DNA of 64,000 nucleotides from an uncultured Chryseobacterium sp. (GTDB lineage Bacteria; Bacteroidota; Bacteroidia; UBA10329): NCBI GenBank assembly GCA_964457245.1, contig CAYWET010000008.1, positions 30,270 to 94,269 of the forward strand, read 5' to 3'. Shown piece by piece: positions 59,129 to 64,000 of this stretch (position 1 is its first letter; each line of letters starts with the position of its first letter). The notes under the pieces were generated by a model. It saw only the letters and a program-made list of their open reading frames with translations, ran no database searches and was not told where the DNA came from. The position numbers and the translations under genes were made by a program.

Positions 59129-62100
59129 TTATCGCAATACCTGAACACGACCACGGAAGACGTGATCATTTCCTTCCCAATCAGTCACATCCATTCGGTA
59201 AACATAGACTGCAACTTCTACTGGATTTCCTAGGAAGGTTCCGTCCCAACCTGCCGACTCTCCTTTTCCATGATAGATTTCTTGTCCCCACCGATTGTAA
59301 ACCGACATGCTGTATTCCGTATAACCTTCTCCAACGCCACGGAACAGGTCGTTGCGACCATTTCCGTTTGGCGTGAAAGTGTTGGGAACGAAAAATGAAA
59401 AATGTGGATAGATCAGAATTTCTCCACTTGTAGCATCCGTACATCCGTAATCGGTAGAAACCACTAAATCCACAGCATAGATTCCAGTATCTGGATAGGT
59501 GTAAACGGGGTTGGTAACCGTTGATGTCAGGCCATCACCAAACGCCCAGGTTCGTTCGGTAACATTTATTGTGCTCATATCCGTGAATGTGATGGTGGGA
59601 TCGACCATATCGCTTTCTGTTGGTGTTGCCTCGTAAGCTGCCCCAGCCTCAGGAAAGACAACGATTTCCGAAGTGGCCGTATCTACTGAAAGGCAGCCTT
59701 CACCAGTTGCAACAGATAGTTTTACTTGAAGCGTATCGGGAGTAATTCCATCGGAACCGCTGTAATCATGTTGAGCAAAAGGATTCGAATCCGTGCTCGC
59801 GATTCCATTGCCCAGTTCCCAATTCCATTGAATCACAGTGTATGGAGATGAGACATCACTTTCATCCATGTATTGCACATCCAGTGGTTCGCAGCCTTCG
59901 TATTTAGATAAGCTGAAGCTTACTTCTGGCCGAGCGTAAACTTCAACTTCGGTGCTGGTTGTGTTGGTGCAACCATTGTTCGATTCAACCTCAAGTTCAA
60001 TTGTTTGCATTCCAAATGAACTAAAGGTATGCGTTGGGTTTTGGTTCAAACTTGTGGTTCCTGGTTCCAGATTCCAGTTCCAAGAAACGATATTGTCTCC
60101 CCATTGATTGTCGATGGTTGAAGCGTCCAACAGATCGATAGACTCGTACAGACAATGACCTTGAGCCGTAGAAATATTGGCAACAGGATTAGGGTAAACC
60201 TGAGCTTGGCCTAAAGTGGTGTCGGCCTTGCACCCCACAGAACTGGTCACGGTTAGCGTTGCGCCATAAAGTCCAGCCGTGGCGAATTGAATTTGTGGAT
60301 TCTGAACAGAGGAGGTATGTCCACCATCAAATATCCAAGACCATTGGGTAACCGCAGATAGGCCAACCGCGGTTGATAGGTCGGTGAACTGCACAGCTTG
60401 GCCATCACAAACGCTATCAAATGTGAATAGGGCAATTGGCAGCGGGTATATCTCCACATCCGTTTCCGTGGAATCTACGCAGCCTTGATCAGACCAAACA
60501 ACAAGGGAAATGGTGTACGTTCCAGAAGTGGGGTAGGTCTGCGGCTGCGGCTGTTGCGAGCTGGATATGTTTCCGTTTCCTAACTGCCATTGCCAGTTGG
60601 TAATTGAACCACCTGAAACAGAAGACGCATCGGAAATCATCAACGATTCATCGAGACACGAATTGGAAACCGAAATATCGGCCGTTGGCTGAGGATGATT
60701 CGAAAGATTGGTAACAACCAAACTGTCGCAACCTGCTTGTGTGACCAACGTATCGTTGTAGGTTCCCGTAGCAAACTTCCAATAACCTGCCGTCAGAACC
60801 GAATCGCCAATGCAAACCATTGTGTCTATCGTGTGAACAATAATCGCTTGCACCGTGAGGTCTGTGATGATCACACTATCGCAGCCAAACTGCGTGGAGA
60901 GTGTATCGTAATACGTTCCGCTGGTTGATTGCAGAACACCTTCTGCCAAATAAGTTTGGCCACTACAAATGGTTATTGGCACCGTGTTTACAGGGGACGG
61001 ATTTACTGCCAATTCGGTAACGATTGTGCTATCGCAACCAGAGGTTGTTTGCAGCGTTTCAGAATAACTTCCCGAGGTTGTAACGACCGTTCCAGAAGGA
61101 AGCGTGTGAGAATCGCCATCGCAGATGGATACATTCACCGTTGAGTTGAAAACAGGATTGACAGTTAGGTTGGTGGTCACCACGCTATCGCAACCGTTTA
61201 CTGTTGCAAGTGTATCGCTGTACGTGCCAGCTTGGGTTACAGATAGACCACTTGGAAGAACATAGCTTACGCCATCGCATATTTCGGCATCGGTTGTTGA
61301 AGCTGCTTCGCTAAACTGAGGCGTAAGCGTAACCATGTCAGTGTATTCGCAACCCACTTGGTCGATGATATTGTACGTGTATTGCCCACCGCCAAGATTC
61401 GTAACCTGAAAACTGGATGATGTCAATGGTGCATCCCATGAGATGGAAAATGGCGGAGTTCCTCCATTCACCGTCACATCGATAGAACCGTCTTCGCTTA
61501 AGGTGCATGTTGGGTCAACGAACGTGTGACTTACATCCAATTGCGGCATTGTGATAGAGATCGCATCAAGAAAATTTCCGACACCTTGACTCCCGCCAGC
61601 TGCCGAAATAGAGTTGAATCGCAACGAATAATCCACTTGCGGAATGGTGGGAAACGTATAGTTAACGGTGTAATACTGCCAAGTGGTGTTGCCAGTGGAG
61701 AATGTTCCAAGGTTTGTATAGGGGCCGCCAACGGGACCTACACTAACGCTCATTACATCTGTACCCGACCTTCCGCGATGCGCGAATGAAATATCCACCG
61801 TGCTTCCAGGCAGCACCTGAAAATCCTGATAAATGGTGGAAACAAGGTTGGCGTTCAATTCAATAAACTGGTTGCCAGAGTATGCAGGCACCCCGTTGAA
61901 TCCTGTTCCCCAGACTTCCACTTGTGCATCTGCAGCGGTAGTGCTCCAACATGGTACGTTGGAGTGATTCACTAGCGTGAAGTTGCCAGGAGGCACAACT
62001 TGTTGGTCTTCAAAATCCACGTTGCAAAGAAGGTTGCATTGTAGATTTGGAGTGCAATCGATGACGTTGATCTGTGCTGAAACTGGGTCGCTCTGACAGC

Positions 62101-62875
62101 CATTGTCTGTTACTACAACGGTGTATTGCCCGCTGTGGGTCAGCATGGCGTTGGGAATACTGATGTCTTCATCGGTGCTTGTAAACCCGTTCGGGCCAGA
62201 CCATTGGAATGTGGCATTCTGTGAAAATCCACCCGTAAGGTCAATCGTAATGTTGTCCCCTTCGCAGTAGTTCTGGTCGGTCAATGGGTCAACCAATGGA
62301 ACTTGGTTAATGACCTGAATATTGTCAATTCCGAAGTAGGTGTACGTACCGAAACCGTTGATGCACGGAACGATATTGAGATAAGTGTAGTTCTGAGAAG
62401 GGTTCAGATCGATCTGGAATGTTTGCCAATTCAGCACATTGGTGATCAAGGGCGATTGCCAGAGCAGTTCAGCATTGTCGCAACTGCTGTAGCCCCCATA
62501 AATACAGATGTAACCATCATTCACTCCTTGATTATTGTCATTCCAATACTGATTATTGGGCAGGTTGAGTGGCACAATGCTTATGTCCATATTGAAACTC
62601 ATCTGGCTGCATGCCCCAAGTCCGTTACTGAAGTTGGCAGAAACCGATTCCTGATGATGAAACCCTAAGTAGGTGTTACCATCTGTTGGGGTTTGCGTGC
62701 AACCCCAAAAACCAGGCTGAATGTCTGGAGAACCTGTACAGATGAACCAATTGGGCGGAGCCGCACCCGCAGTTGGCGTTCCTTCAAAGGACGGGTTTAG
62801 AAATACCGGCTGACCGAACACGCCTGTTGCAAATCCTGATAGTAGAATCAGTGAAATGAGTTTGAGCGATTTCAA
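59129..62875 (-). CDS. PKD-domain surface protein with T9SS type B C-terminal domain
   Basis: Signal peptide; NPSFEG domain; SprB-like unit; four GCDS repeats; several PKD domains (W.W..G.G..S...NP); C-terminal FVPNTFTPNGNGRND...YNRWG...WDG. Confidence 0.9.
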   Translation of the reverse strand: MKSLKLISLILLSGFATGVFGQPVFLNPSFEGTPTAGAAPPNWFICTGSPDIQPGFWGCTQTPTDGNTYLGFHHQESVSANFSNGLGACSQMSFNMDISIVPLNLPNNQYWNDNNQGVNDGYICIYGGYSSCDNAELLWQSPLITNVLNWQTFQIDLNPSQNYTYLNIVPCINGFGTYTYFGIDNIQVINQVPLVDPLTDQNYCEGDNITIDLTGGFSQNATFQWSGPNGFTSTDEDISIPNAMLTHSGQYTVVVTDNGCQSDPVSAQINVIDCTPNLQCNLLCNVDFEDQQVVPPGNFTLVNHSNVPCWSTTAADAQVEVWGTGFNGVPAYSGNQFIELNANLVSTIYQDFQVLPGSTVDISFAHRGRSGTDVMSVSVGPVGGPYTNLGTFSTGNTTWQYYTVNYTFPTIPQVDYSLRFNSISAAGGSQGVGNFLDAISITMPQLDVSHTFVDPTCTLSEDGSIDVTVNGGTPPFSISWDAPLTSSSFQVTNLGGGQYTYNIIDQVGCEYTDMVTLTPQFSEAASTTDAEICDGVSYVLPSGLSVTQAGTYSDTLATVNGCDSVVTTNLTVNPVFNSTVNVSICDGDSHTLPSGTVVTTSGSYSETLQTTSGCDSTIVTELAVNPSPVNTVPITICSGQTYLAEGVLQSTSGTYYDTLSTQFGCDSVIITDLTVQAIIVHTIDTMVCIGDSVLTAGYWKFATGTYNDTLVTQAGCDSLVVTNLSNHPQPTADISVSNSCLDESLMISDASSVSGGSITNWQWQLGNGNISSSQQPQPQTYPTSGTYTISLVVWSDQGCVDSTETDVEIYPLPIALFTFDSVCDGQAVQFTDLSTAVGLSAVTQWSWIFDGGHTSSVQNPQIQFATAGLYGATLTVTSSVGCKADTTLGQAQVYPNPVANISTAQGHCLYESIDLLDASTIDNQWGDNIVSWNWNLEPGTTSLNQNPTHTFSSFGMQTIELEVESNNGCTNTTSTEVEVYARPEVSFSLSKYEGCEPLDVQYMDESDVSSPYTVIQWNWELGNGIASTDSNPFAQHDYSGSDGITPDTLQVKLSVATGEGCLSVDTATSEIVVFPEAGAAYEATPTESDMVDPTITFTDMSTINVTERTWAFGDGLTSTVTNPVYTYPDTGIYAVDLVVSTDYGCTDATSGEILIYPHFSFFVPNTFTPNGNGRNDLFRGVGEGYTEYSMSVYNRWGQEIYHGKGESAGWDGTFLGNPVEVAVYVYRMDVTDWEGNDHVFRGRVQVLR

Positions 62876-63079
62876 AGGGACGGGGTTTTACTGTGGGCCT
62901 GATGGGTTAAGGCAAGCTTATTGTCACTCTAACGCAAAAGAAGCAATAAGGTTGGCCTAAACCTCTTAGCCGAATCAAACGTAATTTTCGATTAACAACG
63001 CTGAACAATGGTACAAATACGCTGTTTAGCGTAGCCAAGAAGAACAGAAATCCCGACTTTCGCGGTTTCAAACCCACAC

Positions 63080-64000
63080 ATGAGAAGATTTTTACCCCCA
63101 TTTCTCCTGTTGTTCCTGCCGTTGCTCGTAGTTGCTCAAACGCAGACCATACGTGGTGTGGTAACGGACCAAGAGAGCAGAATGCCCATTATCGGTGCGG
63201 CTGTTGTGGTTGTGGGTTCAGATCCAATTATCGGTACCACCACGGATATTGATGGTAAGTTCAAATTGAACAAGGTTGAAGTTGGTCGGGTAGATCTTGA
63301 AGTAACATATTTGGGTTATTCGCCAAGAACATTTTCTGGGTTGATCTTGCAAAGCGGCAAGGAGTTAGTTCTGAACGTGCAAATGCAGGAGATGGTAGTG
63401 AAGCAGGATGAGGTTGTAGTAAAAGCACATCGAAACAAGCAAGAAGCGTTAAACCTGATGACAACGGTTTCTGCGCGTGTATTCTCTACTGAGGAGGCTG
63501 AGCGATATGCTGGGACTCGAAATGATGTTTCTCGAATGGCTACCAACTTTGCCGGAGTTCGAGGAGCAAATGATGCCACCAACGATATTGTGATCCGTGG
63601 AAATTCCCCAACCGGATTATTGTGGCGACTTGAGGAAATAGACATCCCCAACCCGAATCACTTTGGAAATCTTGGTTCAACGGGTGGCCCTGTTAGTATG
63701 TTGAACAGTAATGTGCTTTCCAACTCCGATTTCTTGACAGGAGCTTTTCCTTCTGAGTATGGAAACGGGATTTCAGGTGTGTTTGACCTTAAAATGCGTC
63801 ACGGAAACAATGAAAAACATGAGTTTCTGGCGCAGCTCGGTTTCAATGGGGTTGAGGTTGGAGCGGAAGGTCCCTTCTCCCGAAAGTCTGGGGCGTCTTA
63901 CCTCATTAACATCAGGTATTCAACCTTGGCATTGTTTGCCTTAGGCGGTGTGGATTTTGGTACTGGAGATGCAATTCCAGAATACTCGGATATGAGTTTC
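63080..64000 (+). CDS. TonB-dependent receptor, 5' part (truncated by window end; not in ORF track)
   Basis: MRRFLPPFLLLFLPLLVVAQTQTIRGVVTD...SARVFSTEEAERYAG...IRGNSPTGLLWRLEEIDIPNPNHF; same family as 7914-10268. Confidence 0.9.
   Translation, partial: MRRFLPPFLLLFLPLLVVAQTQTIRGVVTDQESRMPIIGAAVVVVGSDPIIGTTTDIDGKFKLNKVEVGRVDLEVTYLGYSPRTFSGLILQSGKELVLNVQMQEMVVKQDEVVVKAHRNKQEALNLMTTVSARVFSTEEAERYAGTRNDVSRMATNFAGVRGANDATNDIVIRGNSPTGLLWRLEEIDIPNPNHFGNLGSTGGPVSMLNSNVLSNSDFLTGAFPSEYGNGISGVFDLKMRHGNNEKHEFLAQLGFNGVEVGAEGPFSRKSGASYLINIRYSTLALFALGGVDFGTGDAIPEYSDMSF

Overview
Bacteroidota (Flavobacteriales/Cryomorphaceae-like) chromosomal segment, inferred from TAnnTTTG-type promoters, T9SS cargo domains and carboxypeptidase-regulatory-domain TonB receptors. 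Bases 1-16.9 kb are housekeeping: yafV/ybdL, trkA-trkH, a K+ channel, a TonB receptor with a divergent PAS-LuxR regulator, rluB, yraN, an LD-carboxypeptidase and metG. tRNA-Arg(CCT) lies at 16923-16994. A ~41.5 kb genomic island appears inserted at the tRNA 3' end, bounded by a CTACTAA core at 16992-16998 and 58524-58530. It carries a large serine recombinase whose 3' end crosses the att site, so excision would give it a different C-terminus. The island cargo is (i) an operon with a Met-rich SprB-repeat protein, a T9SS-B cargo protein, Skp, two giant signal-peptide-bearing YD/RHS proteins (2400 and ~3330 aa) and a TPM-domain lipoprotein in the immunity position, and (ii) an apparently complete Bacteroidetes-type T2SS/type IV filament operon. 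Together they look like a mobile T2SS-linked split-RHS delivery system. The RHS tip contains FGGGSHGGAGAGGSW, the motif that normally ends TPM proteins. After the island come an orphan ORF, a PKD/T9SS-B protein and a partial TonB receptor. All assignments come from motif recognition by eye; no searches were run.
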